Assembly: GCF_002260525.1 (NCBI RefSeq)
Contig: NZ_MRYI01000012.1
Coordinates: forward strand, 117,395 to 181,394
Source of the DNA: Hahella sp. CCB-MM4
Lineage (GTDB): Bacteria; Pseudomonadota; Gammaproteobacteria; Pseudomonadales; Oleiphilaceae
DNA: 64,000 nt
Direction: 5' to 3'
Within the stretch, counting starts at the first letter, position 1; every line of letters begins with the position of its first letter. Made by a program: the position numbers and the translations under genes. Below the pieces are notes generated by a model. The model was not told the origin of the DNA. It was given only the letters and a program-made list of their open reading frames with translations, and did no database searches. Below are positions 10,356 through 20,670 of this stretch, in pieces.

Positions 10356-11510
10356 TTATTTAAGCCACTTTGCGGGGTTGTCTGGTTTTCCTTTATGACG
10401 TATTTCAAAGTATAGCCCGCTTTCCTGTTGTCCACCGCTATTGCCGGCGCTGGCTATCAACTCCCCACTGTTGACCCAGTCCCCCGTATCTTTCAACAGA
10501 GCCTGGTTGAAGCCATAGAGGCTCATGTAGCCGTCACCGTGATCGATGATCATTAACAGGCCGAAGCCCCTTAGCCAGTCAGAAAACACGACTCGTCCAT
10601 GATGAACCGCTTTTACAGGGGTGTTAACCGGCACGGAAAAAAAGACCCCAGGCATTCTGAAGTTTTTACCGCCGGCAGAGCGACCGAAATTCCGTTGCAT
10701 TTTTCCAGACGTCGGCCAGGGTAATTTAGCACGGAGTTTGGCAAAAGGCACCGAATCCTGCGTTAACTCTAGGTTAGATATGGTTTTTTCGACTTCCTGG
10801 ACAAGGGTTTCCAACTGCTGTTGGTCCTTTTCCATGCGGACAAGTTCGTTTTTCTTATAATTCAAGCTTTTGGTGAGCTTGGCCAGTGTGACAGCGCGTT
10901 CTTTTCGCTGGCCTTCAAGGTTTTCCCTGGCGCGGGCCAGATTGTTGCGGAAGCTGATTAACTCCTGATTACGCTCAAGGATTCCGGCCCGGGTCTGTTT
11001 AAGTTGATCTATGGTGTCCCGATATTCTTCTATCTGGTCGCCGCGGGCTCTGTTCAGGTAACCGTAGTAGTTCATTAGTCGCTGTAGTTTGAGAGGATCT
11101 TCGGCATTGAGCAGCAGCTTGATACCCTGTTCCTGTCCCATGGCGTAAGCGGCCCTGATCTGTTTACCCAATAACGCTTGTTGCTGGTTGAGAGAGGCCA
11201 GATGTTCCTTTTCTTCGGATTCCAGCTCTCGTATCTGCGCCTCGGTGTCATGAATATCCGATTCAATGGCATTGATTTCACGTACTTTGGCCTGAATCTT
11301 TTCTTCGGTGGCCCTCAAGTCCTTTTCCAGCTGACTTTGTTCCCCACGTGCCCCGTCAATCCAGGTACGTAGTTTGGAAATATTCTGCTTCAGTGCATCC
11401 AGCTTTTGTTGCTGCAGCTCATGATCCTCCCACTGCTCTGAACCGGAAAGGACCGGTTGGCTAAAGCACAGGCATAGAAAAATAATGAGGTAGCGAAAAG
11501 GCGACTGCAT
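10356..11510 (-). CDS. envC: murein hydrolase activator EnvC (coiled coil + M23/LytM domain)
   Basis: long Q/E/L-rich coiled coil followed by a C-terminal M23 peptidase-like domain; sits next to gpmI as in E. coli gpmM-envC-yibQ. Confidence 0.85.
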   Translation of the reverse strand: MQSPFRYLIIFLCLCFSQPVLSGSEQWEDHELQQQKLDALKQNISKLRTWIDGARGEQSQLEKDLRATEEKIQAKVREINAIESDIHDTEAQIRELESEEKEHLASLNQQQALLGKQIRAAYAMGQEQGIKLLLNAEDPLKLQRLMNYYGYLNRARGDQIEEYRDTIDQLKQTRAGILERNQELISFRNNLARARENLEGQRKERAVTLAKLTKSLNYKKNELVRMEKDQQQLETLVQEVEKTISNLELTQDSVPFAKLRAKLPWPTSGKMQRNFGRSAGGKNFRMPGVFFSVPVNTPVKAVHHGRVVFSDWLRGFGLLMIIDHGDGYMSLYGFNQALLKDTGDWVNSGELIASAGNSGGQQESGLYFEIRHKGKPDNPAKWLK

Positions 11511-11676
11511 AAAGGCGTAATAACGTCAGTGTTTATCGTTAGTTTGGATCAAAAGATCGTCAGTATGGTTTACAAATTGTTGCCATGGATCTAGCGGCGA
11601 AACCGAGTTCTGTCCGTGTTAATCCGGTGGGAGTATAGAGGAGATTACAGGTGTTGGGCAAAAGGGTAATAGAGGA

Positions 11677-11706
11677 CCACTTTCCCTGAGGAGCCAGGGA
11701 AAGTGG
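11677..11706 (-). terminator. perfect 12-bp stem / 6-nt loop hairpin downstream of gpmI (CCACTTTCCCTG-aggagc-CAGGGAAAGTGG)
   Basis: read from the sequence; only a weak U-tract follows. Confidence 0.4.
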
Positions 11707-11719
11707 TTTGGAAAAACGA

Positions 11720-13264
11720 TCAGGAAGCCTGAATCAGGGATTCGCCGGTCATTTCTGCAGGTTTCTCAATGTTCATTAACGCCAGCAGGGAAGGCGAAAT
11801 GTCACAAAGTCTGCCGTCGGCTTTCAGGGAAATCTGTCGTGGACCGATATACACCAGTGGAACAGGGCCTGTCGTATGCTGAGTATGCGGGTGACCGTTC
11901 TCATCCAGCATTTGCTCTGCGTTGCCGTGGTCAGCCGTAATCAGGCACTGGCCGCCGACTTCATTCAGAGCGTCAGACACTCTTTGCAGGCATTGGTCGA
12001 GCGCTTCCGCTGCTTTGACCGCGGCATCATAGTTACCGGTGTGGCCGACCATATCGCCGTTCGCAAAGTTGCAGACAATCAGGTCGTAGCGTCCGGACTT
12101 GATGGCTTCTACCAGTTTATCGGTGACTTCAGGCGCACTCATCTCCGGCTTGAGGTCGTAGGTGGCGACATCAGGAGATGGGATCAATACGCGTTCTTCG
12201 CCTGCGTATTCTTCTTCCTGTCCACCGCTGAAGAAAAAGGTCACATGGGCATATTTTTCGGTTTCAGCGATACGAAGCTGGGTCTTTCCGAGCTTGGAGA
12301 GGTACTCTCCCATGCCGTTCACCAGGGTGGAGGGAGGGTAGGCGCAGGTGGTTTTGATGCTTGCCGCATATTCCGTCAGCATGACAAAGTCAGTTAACTT
12401 GGGAGTGGCGGTGCGTTCGAAACCACTGAAGTCGGTGTCCACGAAGGCGCGGGTGAGTTCTCTTGCCCGATCCGGACGAAAGTTCATGAAAATCACACTG
12501 TCGCCGTCTTTTATCGCCGCGTCTGCCTCGCCTTCAGCCTGAATGCGGGTGGCTTTGACAAACTCATCGTCCTCACCGCGTTCATAAGCTGCTTCCAGTG
12601 CCTGCGCGGCGCTTTGGGCAGTAAACTCGCTTTTCCCCAGAGTCAGCAGGTCATAGGCTTGTTGTACCCGATCCCAGCGGTTGTCGCGGTCCATGGCGAA
12701 GTAGCGTCCAACGATAGAGGCAACCCTTCCACAACCGAGTTCGGACATCAGGCTGGAAGCTTTCTCCAGTGAAGGGCCGGCGCTCCTGGGCGGAGTATCG
12801 CGACCGTCGAGAAATGCGTGGATGTAAACTTCTTTGGCTCCCCGGGCTTTGGCGATCCGGCAGATTTCAAAAATATGCTCTTCGTGGCTGTGTACGCCGC
12901 CCGGAGATAACAGCCCAAGAATGTGGACGGCTTTTCCTGCATCGGTGGCCTTGTCGATGGCGTTGGTCAGTGCCGGTAGCTCGGCGAAGGTGCCGTCGGC
13001 GATGTCTTTATTGATGCGGGTATAGTTCTGGTAAACGATGCGTCCTGCTCCAAGGTTCATGTGGCCTACCTCGGAATTACCCATCTGGCCGTCCGGCAGG
13101 CCTACAGCCATGCCTGAAGTTTGGATCAGAGTATGTGGCAGATCTTTCCAGATCTTGTCCCAGAACGGGGTGTTGGCGTGGGCAATGGCGTTGTTGTCTT
13201 GTTCTTCTCTGTAGCCCCAGCCATCCAGTATAAAGAGTGCAGTTGGTATGCGTTTGTCTGTCAT
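11720..13264 (-). CDS. gpmI: 2,3-bisphosphoglycerate-independent phosphoglycerate mutase
   Basis: 514 aa with iPGM metal-binding motifs (ILDGWG, DGRD, ADHGN). Confidence 0.95.
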   Translation of the reverse strand: MTDKRIPTALFILDGWGYREEQDNNAIAHANTPFWDKIWKDLPHTLIQTSGMAVGLPDGQMGNSEVGHMNLGAGRIVYQNYTRINKDIADGTFAELPALTNAIDKATDAGKAVHILGLLSPGGVHSHEEHIFEICRIAKARGAKEVYIHAFLDGRDTPPRSAGPSLEKASSLMSELGCGRVASIVGRYFAMDRDNRWDRVQQAYDLLTLGKSEFTAQSAAQALEAAYERGEDDEFVKATRIQAEGEADAAIKDGDSVIFMNFRPDRARELTRAFVDTDFSGFERTATPKLTDFVMLTEYAASIKTTCAYPPSTLVNGMGEYLSKLGKTQLRIAETEKYAHVTFFFSGGQEEEYAGEERVLIPSPDVATYDLKPEMSAPEVTDKLVEAIKSGRYDLIVCNFANGDMVGHTGNYDAAVKAAEALDQCLQRVSDALNEVGGQCLITADHGNAEQMLDENGHPHTQHTTGPVPLVYIGPRQISLKADGRLCDISPSLLALMNIEKPAEMTGESLIQAS

Positions 13265-13477
13265 GGTCGGTCTTACTCCTAGAATTCCCGAGTATTTTAC
13301 CCAGATTAAGACCTAATGTCCTGATTCGGGCAATTGTCTCTTTGTATGAGGCCAATAGGCGGGCTGGTTATTTCGATAGCAAACTGGGGAAAGTGAACCG
13401 AAATGGTGCAAAGCAGGCGCTTCTGAAACCTGTCTGTGATGTGTATAATGCCCGAGTTTTTTACGGTGGAAGAGGTT

Positions 13478-13894
13478 ATGGAGAAGTTTCTATTTTTTGC
13501 GATGGATCATTGGATCCTAAGCTCGCTATTCGTAGCGCTCTTGGTGGCGTTGCTGTTGACTGAGCGTAAGCGCGGCGGCAAAGCCGTGACTCCCCAACAG
13601 GCAGTTATGCTGTTGAACAAAGAGCAGGCCGTGGTGGTGGATGTCCGGGATAAGAAGGAAACTTCCGAAGGCGTTATCCGTGGCTCCATTCTCATTCCTT
13701 TCAGCTCACTGAAGGACAGAGCCTCGGAACTGGAGAAGCATAAGGAAAAGATCATTATTGTGGCGGACAAGATGGGACAGCACTCCAGTATGGCGGTGCG
13801 TACACTTTCCGGTGCAGGCTTTAGCAACGTGCAGCGTCTTTCCGGCGGTGTGGTTGAGTGGAAAAACGCCAATCTTCCCCTGGCGAAAAAATAG
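13478..13894 (+). CDS. yibN: rhodanese-like domain protein (YibN-like); membrane-anchored
   Basis: N-terminal TM helix plus a rhodanese fold; GGAAGAGG RBS before ATG 13478; yibN-grxC-secB synteny. Confidence 0.75.
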   Translation: MEKFLFFAMDHWILSSLFVALLVALLLTERKRGGKAVTPQQAVMLLNKEQAVVVDVRDKKETSEGVIRGSILIPFSSLKDRASELEKHKEKIIIVADKMGQHSSMAVRTLSGAGFSNVQRLSGGVVEWKNANLPLAKK

Positions 13895-13957
13895 TGTATT
13901 CGGCACTCTTCAGCGAGTGCCTCCTCTAAGGCCATTTTGGCCGGAATCGTAATAGAT

Positions 13958-14221
13958 ATGTCTCAGAATAAACCGGTAACCATTTACACTACACAGTTCT
14001 GTCCTTATTGTATTCGGGCCAAGCGATTGCTGGAGTCCAAGGAAGTTGGCTTTGATGAGATCAAGGTCGACTTTGATGCAGCGAAACGTGGTGAAATGAC
14101 GGAACGGAGTGGAAGACGCACCGTTCCCCAGATTTGGATAGGCGATCAGCATATCGGTGGCTGTGACGAATTGTACGCACTGGAGAGAGCCGGAAGTCTG
14201 GATGGTTTTCTGGCGGAATAG
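13958..14221 (+). CDS. grxC: glutaredoxin 3
   Basis: CPYC active site; TVPQIWIGDQHIGGCDELYALERAG is near-identical to the GrxC motif. Confidence 0.92.
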   Translation: MSQNKPVTIYTTQFCPYCIRAKRLLESKEVGFDEIKVDFDAAKRGEMTERSGRRTVPQIWIGDQHIGGCDELYALERAGSLDGFLAE

Positions 14222-14365
14222 TCGGGGGCCGAAGTTACATTGGGCGAAACATCTATTCGGTGTCTTGTTCATTAAATTTGCACATTGATCTGTTAGTACC
14301 TGTTCCCTGTAAGCTTTGTGCGAATTGCATTACTCGTTATAAATATTGAAACCTAAGGTAAGCTC

Positions 14366-14848
14366 ATGGCTGAAGAACAAAATCCACAACAACCCAAATT
14401 TGCATTGCAGCGTATTTACTTGAAAGACCTGTCATTCGAATCTCCGAATGCGCCTGCAACTTTCCAACAGGAATGGAAACCTCAGGTCAATATGGATCTG
14501 AATACAGAAAACAACCAGCTCAGTGAAAACCAGTGGGAAGTGACTTTGACACTGACAATCACTGCGAAGGTTGGCGATAAGTCTGCGTTCCTGGTGGAAA
14601 TTCAACAGGCAGGTGTTTTCCTGATTGAAGGTCTGAACCCGCAGCAACTGGCGCAGACGCTTGGCGCATTTTGTCCAAACCTTTTGTTCCCTTATGCTCG
14701 TGAAACTGTAGACACAATGGTTGTTAAAGGCAGTTTCCCTGCACTGATGCTGCAACCGGTCAACTTCGACGCTATTTACGCTGAAGCCGTCCGTCGCAAG
14801 CAACAAGCTGCAGCGAGCGAAGAAGCTGCTGAAGCACCTAAGCATTAA
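14366..14848 (+). CDS. secB: protein-export chaperone SecB
   Basis: FALQRIYLKDLSFESPNAP...LFPYARE motifs of SecB. Confidence 0.95.
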   Translation: MAEEQNPQQPKFALQRIYLKDLSFESPNAPATFQQEWKPQVNMDLNTENNQLSENQWEVTLTLTITAKVGDKSAFLVEIQQAGVFLIEGLNPQQLAQTLGAFCPNLLFPYARETVDTMVVKGSFPALMLQPVNFDAIYAEAVRRKQQAAASEEAAEAPKH

Positions 14849-14854
14849 TTTGCT

Positions 14855-14892
14855 GAGGGCGGTTCTGTCCAGGATCGCCCTTTCTATTTTTC
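14855..14892 (+). terminator. putative intrinsic terminator after secB (GAGGGCG...CGCCC stem followed by a TTTCTATTTTT tract)
   Basis: hairpin plus T-rich tract, read from the sequence. Confidence 0.4.
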
Positions 14893-14965
14893 CATTACCC
14901 TATTTTCCACTATCCAATTTTTCCGCGTTTCTATTCAGCGCGATTCTATTTCACTTCTATATATA
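14881..14965. repeat. degenerate short tandem repeats (TTCTATTT-type units) 3' of secB
   Basis: read from the sequence. Confidence 0.55.
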
Positions 14966-15111
14966 GCCCTTCGCCATAGACCCCCTGCCACTTCAGAACT
15001 CCTTTAACCTCTATATATCCGCCATCGGTTTTTCCACATTCATGTTTCGCTGCTAATCTGTCTAAAGCCCGGAGCTGATTCCGTGCTGAAGATTTTGAGG
15101 TTGGTGTCTGT

Positions 15112-15369
15112 ATGGAAAATTTAAGCCCGGTAACGATTGGGATTATTGTTGTGGCTGTGATTCTGGTACTTGTTGCGATCAAATCACGTGGCAAGGAAGG
15201 GGGAACAATTAATAGCATACCGGTTCCGCCGGCGGATCAGGCGACGGATGAAGACATCCGTAAACTGGCCGGGTCCGGTAAGAAAATTCAGGCTATTAAG
15301 TTGTATCGCGAGAAATATGGCGTGGGCCTGAAGGAAGCGAAGGAGGCTGTTGAGGCTCTAGTGGAATAA
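15112..15369 (+). CDS. small membrane-anchored protein with a ribosomal L7/L12 C-terminal-like domain
   Basis: N-terminal TM helix; KIQAIKLYREKYGVGLKEAKEAVEAL resembles the L7/L12 CTD [26 protein letters not shown]. Confidence 0.55.
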   Translation: MENLSPVTIGIIVVAVILVLVAIKSRGKEGGTINSIPVPPADQATDEDIRKLAGSGKKIQAIKLYREKYGVGLKEAKEAVEALVE

Positions 15370-15481
15370 ATGAGGCGATTGCAGATGAAGAGATTTTGAT
15401 GCCGGGATCCGCCGTAGACGACGGATTGGGTCTACGGCAGTACGATCAATCTCTGGAACAAGGGGCAAGTCTCTGGGGCTC

Positions 15482-16027
15482 TCAACCCTCAGGAAATAGG
15501 GTCTTTAACTCAAAGCTCAGGTTGTTCGTTGCATCGCTGAGCCATAGCTGACCATCCTGAATTGTGCATTGTAAATCCATTGTTCGTGCGGCCATGACCG
15601 CCATACTCGCCAGAGTTTCCTGATCTATGCTATAGATCCTCAGGTTGTCGAACCGAACCAGATCCTTCTGATTTTTCTGCCACCACACGGGGGTTGCCCT
15701 GTCACCGTAGGCGACAATCACAACCTGGTCTGCTCGTCCACAGGCCTTTCTGATCCGACTCTCTTCCGGCAGGCCGAGATCAATCCATAATTCAATCTCA
15801 TCACTCAGGGATTTTGTCCATAAGTCCGGTTCGTCCTGAGTAGACAGCCCTTTGGTGAATTGAAGTCTTTCATCAGCAAACAGCGCAAAAACGGCCAGCC
15901 GCAGCATCATGCGCTCGTCGGTTTCAGAAGGGTGGCGGGCAACGGTCAGCGGGAAATCGCCGTAAACGTTGCGGTCCATATCAGCAATATGCAGGGTGGC
16001 TTTAAAAATAGTGGACTTCAGGGCCAT
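15482..16027 (-). CDS. yaeQ: YaeQ family protein
   Basis: MALKSTIFKATLHIADMDRNVY... start matches the YaeQ N-terminus. Confidence 0.8.
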   Translation of the reverse strand: MALKSTIFKATLHIADMDRNVYGDFPLTVARHPSETDERMMLRLAVFALFADERLQFTKGLSTQDEPDLWTKSLSDEIELWIDLGLPEESRIRKACGRADQVVIVAYGDRATPVWWQKNQKDLVRFDNLRIYSIDQETLASMAVMAARTMDLQCTIQDGQLWLSDATNNLSFELKTLFPEG

Positions 16028-16186
16028 TGATTTGAGCACTCAGGGTTCGATTTGCATGAAATTTGTGGCGAGTCTGCCATAATATGCGCCGTTTATACCA
16101 GTCGCATGATTCAGATGATGAACTGACAGGTCTCTGGACATGACATCAATGAACTTTACTTATCGCAGGTGAGTCGAGACAGCAGC

Positions 16187-17128
16187 ATGAAAGACGTACT
16201 CAGAATATTCTCCGGTAATTCCAACCCTTCCCTGGCCAAAGAAATTTGTAGCAACCTGGGAATGGAGTTAAGTCCAATGGAAGTTTCCCGATTCTCCAAT
16301 GACAACCTGCATGTGCAGATTCAGGATAACGTACGGGAAAGGGATGTCTTCATCGTGCAGTCTTTCACTCAGCCGGTAAGTGACCATATCATGGAGCTGA
16401 TGATCGCGATCGATGCGCTGCGCAGTGCCTCTGCCCGTCGTATTACTGTCGTGATTCCGTACTACTCTTACGCTCGCTCAGACAAGAAAGACGCTCCCAG
16501 AATCTCTATTACCGGCCGTCTGATTGCAGATTTGCTGCAGACTGCCGGTGCTAACCGGGTGCTGACAATGGACCTGCATGCGGATCAGGTGCACGGTTTC
16601 TTTAATATTCCTGTGGACCATCTGACAGCTCTTCCTCCCATGGCGCAATATATTCAGGAGCACCACGATACTTCCAATATGGTCGCGGTGGCCACTGATG
16701 CCGGCGGAGCCAAAAGGGTGGGGAAATTCTCTTCTCGCCTGAATGTTCCCATGGCGATTATCGACAAACGTCGTGTCAGTGATACCCAGGTTAAGCAAGG
16801 TGTTGTGGTTGGTGATGTTAAAGGAAAAGACGCCATCATCTTCGAGGATGAAATCTCGACTGCCGGCACCCTGATTTCGACGGTTGAAACCCTGCTGGCC
16901 GCCGGAGTGAAAAGTGTCCACGCTGCCGCCACTCATGGGGTATTGTGCGGCCCGGCCATTGAGCGTATTCAGAATTCGGGTATTGAATCTGTCATCGTGA
17001 CCAATACCGTGGATATTCCTGAAGAAAAGCGCATCAGCAAAATTACCCCGCTGTCGGTTGCCCCTTTGTTTGCAGAGGCCATCAAGCGTATTCACACCGG
17101 TGAAAGCGTGGGTGCATTGTTTACCTGA
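16187..17128 (+). CDS. prs: ribose-phosphate pyrophosphokinase (PRPP synthetase)
   Basis: RIFSGNSNPSLAKEI...; a PRPP-binding loop (VVGDVKGKDAIIFEDEISTAGT). Confidence 0.92.
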   Translation: MKDVLRIFSGNSNPSLAKEICSNLGMELSPMEVSRFSNDNLHVQIQDNVRERDVFIVQSFTQPVSDHIMELMIAIDALRSASARRITVVIPYYSYARSDKKDAPRISITGRLIADLLQTAGANRVLTMDLHADQVHGFFNIPVDHLTALPPMAQYIQEHHDTSNMVAVATDAGGAKRVGKFSSRLNVPMAIIDKRRVSDTQVKQGVVVGDVKGKDAIIFEDEISTAGTLISTVETLLAAGVKSVHAAATHGVLCGPAIERIQNSGIESVIVTNTVDIPEEKRISKITPLSVAPLFAEAIKRIHTGESVGALFT

Positions 17129-17336
17129 GGCTGTAGAGTCTAGGTGCCTAAGGTAGTAGAACCTGTTACCTGAAGCGGCAGAACCTGATTCAGGTATTAC
17201 ATATCTGATTTGGTAGTGCTGAAACTGATACAGTGCAGCTTAATTGAACCAGCACGACGCTTTTACTCTATTCCAATAGGGCTCACCTGAATGTGGTGTG
17301 CCCTGCCGGATTTCCCAGAAGATGATGAGGGATTTT

Positions 17337-18461
17337 ATGACGAAGAAACTGGAAGACGGATCATTCCTGATCCTTTTGGTCGCCGTATCGATTGGATTTG
17401 GCATGATGATTATGCCTTTCTTTTCCGCCATTTTCTGGGCAGCGGTGCTGGTCATACTTTTTAGTCCGTTACACCGTTTTTTAACCAGTAAGCTCAACCA
17501 GGGGCCTAGTGTCAGTGCGCTGATTTCCCTGGTTGCCAGTCTGTTGATTGTTGTTATTCCCGTGTCATTGATCGTTGCCATGCTGGGAGTTGAGCTAGCA
17601 GATCTATACCAGGGAATTAAGTCCGGCGATATTCCTGTTCAGGTTTGGGTCGATAAATTGAAGTCGGCTATTCCTGTAGTGCAGGAGTTGGCTGAACGTT
17701 TTGATATTGATCTGGCGAACATCAATAAACAGCTTTCCTCTGCTGCTCTTGCCGCAAGTAAGGTTTTTGCCTCCCAGGCGGTCAGCGTCGGCCAGGAGTA
17801 TGTGAACTTCCTGATCAATTTTGTGTTGATGTTATACCTGACATTTTTCTTCCTGCGTGATGGGGACTCTCTGATCCAGCTGATGATTCGGGCGCTGCCT
17901 TTGGGGGATGATCGTGAGCGTCACCTGCTTGGGAAATTTGCCGAGGTTTCCAGGGCTGTGGTGAAAGGCAATCTGGTGGTTGCTACCGTTCAAGGGGCAC
18001 TTGGCGGAATCATCTTTGGCATCCTGGGGCTGCCCGGAGCTGTGCTTTGGGGGGTGGTCATGGTGATTCTGTCCTTGCTCCCGGCGGTAGGGTCAGCGCT
18101 TGTCTGGGGACCTGCAGCGGCCTTTCTGTTAATTAGCGGCCAATACGTTTCAGGTATCATTCTGGTGTTGTTCGGCATATTTGTTATTGGGCTGGTCGAT
18201 AATGTGTTGAGGCCGATACTGGTGGGCCGAGACACTAAAATGCCGGACTTTATGGTCTTGCTCTCCACGCTGGGCGGCATTGGACTATTCGGATTGAATG
18301 GATTTGTTATTGGTCCGATTCTGGCTGCATTATTCCTGGCGTTCTGGCAGATTTTTATGGACGAATTCAACCCGGCCTCTGATGAGGATGGAGCGGCGGA
18401 GCTGCTGATAACCGGCGACAAAAAGCCGACAGCAGCCGAGTCTGATGGGGCCGAATCGTAA
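17337..18461 (+). CDS. AI-2E family transporter (PerM/TqsA-like)
   Basis: ~8 TM helices in the AI-2E/UPF0118 pattern; GAGGGA RBS before ATG 17337. Confidence 0.75.
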   Translation: MTKKLEDGSFLILLVAVSIGFGMMIMPFFSAIFWAAVLVILFSPLHRFLTSKLNQGPSVSALISLVASLLIVVIPVSLIVAMLGVELADLYQGIKSGDIPVQVWVDKLKSAIPVVQELAERFDIDLANINKQLSSAALAASKVFASQAVSVGQEYVNFLINFVLMLYLTFFFLRDGDSLIQLMIRALPLGDDRERHLLGKFAEVSRAVVKGNLVVATVQGALGGIIFGILGLPGAVLWGVVMVILSLLPAVGSALVWGPAAAFLLISGQYVSGIILVLFGIFVIGLVDNVLRPILVGRDTKMPDFMVLLSTLGGIGLFGLNGFVIGPILAALFLAFWQIFMDEFNPASDEDGAAELLITGDKKPTAAESDGAES

Positions 18462-18630
18462 AACTGAGTAAAGTCTCGATATATAAATGTGATGCAGATT
18501 CCGACCGGGAGCTACACTTAATAATAAGCAGTGCAGGGATGGGAATATTTCTGCAGCGCCGCAGGATAACCTGATACCGGCGCTTTCATGGGGCTGGAAA
18601 GGGACCTCCGGCGGGAGGAATCTGAAAGCA

Positions 18631-20532
18631 TTGAATATGTGTTGTGGTACCCGTCAATCTAGACTGAGCCTTGCCTTCACGGTCGGTATGATGGGCTTGT
18701 GTACAGGCCTTTTTCCCTATACGGCATTCGCCGAAGAGCTATCTGTTAATCGTCAGGGGGCCAGTAACCAGGGGGTCAATAGCCAGGATGCCAATAGCCT
18801 GGACCAAAGTGGCCAAGATCAATTTAGCCTGGAGCAAGATAGCCAAGTCCAAAATAATAATAACCAAGGCGCAAATCGCCAAAGCCAGGACAACCTTGAG
18901 CCCTCTGCACAGGAAGGCAATGAGTGTGTGGAGGCCACGGCCAATCCTGCCAACCTGGATCTCGATAATCTGGAAAACGGCGTCGGTTCATTCCCGGAAG
19001 TCCCAGAAGGGGCTGTCATTCGCAACATTGAAATCTATCCTCAGGATATTTATCACGACTATGGTGAGGAAGAAAATCTTCGGTGGTATGAGCGCACAGT
19101 CAATGCTTTGCATCCGGTCACTTTCGAATCCGCCATAAAGTCTCAGCTGCTTTTTTCCCGCGGCGACACTTACGACAAAGATTTGATCGATGAATCGGAG
19201 CGTAGTCTTCGGCGCAGTTCTTATCTCTACAATGCTCAGATCGTAGCCTCCCGTGTATGTGGCAATGTTGTCGACCTTGCTGTAGTTACCCGTGATCTCT
19301 GGACGCTGTTGCCCACCGTTGGACTTTCCCGCTCAGGTGGACAAAACCGCACCATTTTGGGGTTGAGCGATCAGAACTTTTTCGGCACCGGTAAAAAAGT
19401 ATCCTTTAGCCGTGAAGAAGAGGAGGGCAAGGTGGAATACAGCGTTGACTACTTTGATCCCAATCTCTTTGGGAGTCGCTGGCAAGCAGGTTTCCAGCTT
19501 GCAGACAGTGATGATGGCGAGCGGCAGAGTGGTCAGGTCGGGTATCCGTTTTATCGCGCAGGGGCCCCCTGGTCATTTAAAGCTGCAGGCTTTCACGAGA
19601 TCAGGAACGACGAGCGATTCTTCCGGGATGAGAGCATTAATGAGTTTCAACACAACATCGAGCTGTACGATGTCAGTTATGGTCTGTCCACATTCTTTGA
19701 TGGCAGCCGGGAAGAGAGGCTGTATTTTGGGGCGGCGGTAGAAAACCACCAGTTTAGTGTGGTGCCTGAAACCACAGGAGAAATTCCTGCCGACCGTAAG
19801 CTGAGATATCCATGGGTTGGGTATGAGTGGCGAGATAATGAATATCTAAAGGCATTTAATATCAGCCAGATTCAACAGGTGGAAGATATTTCGCTGGGAT
19901 GGCGAAATGCTGTCAACCTGGGGTGGTCGGATCGATCGTTTGGAGCAACATCAGATCAATTGGTGGTGAAAGGTGAAAGTCGCTACCGGCATGGTGACAC
20001 TTTCCATTTAGGGACACTGGCATTGAAGGGTGAAGGCTACTGGGACTTTGATGACAAAACCAGTGAAAATGCAACGTTAACCCTGGCGGGTGATTTCACT
20101 CAGTTGAATGATGAGCGTGACCGAGCCTGGTTTACCTCACTCACTTTCAACTACGTTCATAACCTCACTCTGGATAACCAGTTGTTATTGGGGGGCAGTA
20201 GCGGATTAAGAGGTTACCCCTCTAATTATCAGACTGGTTCCCATAGTTTTCTGTTTTCCGCGGAACGGCGTTTCTTTTGGGATTGGTATCCGCTGAAGAC
20301 ATTTCATGTTGCGGGTGTGACCTTCTTTGATGCGGGGCGGGCCTGGTTTCCCGGCCGGGATAACGGGGTGAATGGAAAGGTCTTAAAGGATGTGGGGGTT
20401 GGTATTCGGGTGACATCCAGCAGGATCAGGGTAACCCGGGTGTTGCATATGGATCTGGCATTTCCTTTGGACCGGGATGACGATGATATAGATAAGATGC
20501 AATTAGTGTTAAGGGGGCAGCAGACATTCTAG
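18631..20532 (+). CDS. Omp85-superfamily outer-membrane beta-barrel protein (surface antigen D15-type) with an N-terminal Q/N/S-rich low-complexity region
   Basis: signal peptide; C-terminal Phe; LRGY, a VRG(F/Y)-like loop-6 motif; alternating beta-strand pattern in the C-terminal ~300 aa. Confidence 0.5.
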   Translation: MNMCCGTRQSRLSLAFTVGMMGLCTGLFPYTAFAEELSVNRQGASNQGVNSQDANSLDQSGQDQFSLEQDSQVQNNNNQGANRQSQDNLEPSAQEGNECVEATANPANLDLDNLENGVGSFPEVPEGAVIRNIEIYPQDIYHDYGEEENLRWYERTVNALHPVTFESAIKSQLLFSRGDTYDKDLIDESERSLRRSSYLYNAQIVASRVCGNVVDLAVVTRDLWTLLPTVGLSRSGGQNRTILGLSDQNFFGTGKKVSFSREEEEGKVEYSVDYFDPNLFGSRWQAGFQLADSDDGERQSGQVGYPFYRAGAPWSFKAAGFHEIRNDERFFRDESINEFQHNIELYDVSYGLSTFFDGSREERLYFGAAVENHQFSVVPETTGEIPADRKLRYPWVGYEWRDNEYLKAFNISQIQQVEDISLGWRNAVNLGWSDRSFGATSDQLVVKGESRYRHGDTFHLGTLALKGEGYWDFDDKTSENATLTLAGDFTQLNDERDRAWFTSLTFNYVHNLTLDNQLLLGGSSGLRGYPSNYQTGSHSFLFSAERRFFWDWYPLKTFHVAGVTFFDAGRAWFPGRDNGVNGKVLKDVGVGIRVTSSRIRVTRVLHMDLAFPLDRDDDDIDKMQLVLRGQQTF

Positions 20533-20670
20533 AAAACTTCTGAAAAACCACCTGTGTTGTCATTGCTGTGTCAAAGTTGGCTTTGGTGGCCCCGCCAACG
20601 TTTTTCAGAGGCTCTCTGGGAGCAGGTAAGTCGGATGGGGACGCGGTATCAGCGTCCCCTTATTCCCCCG

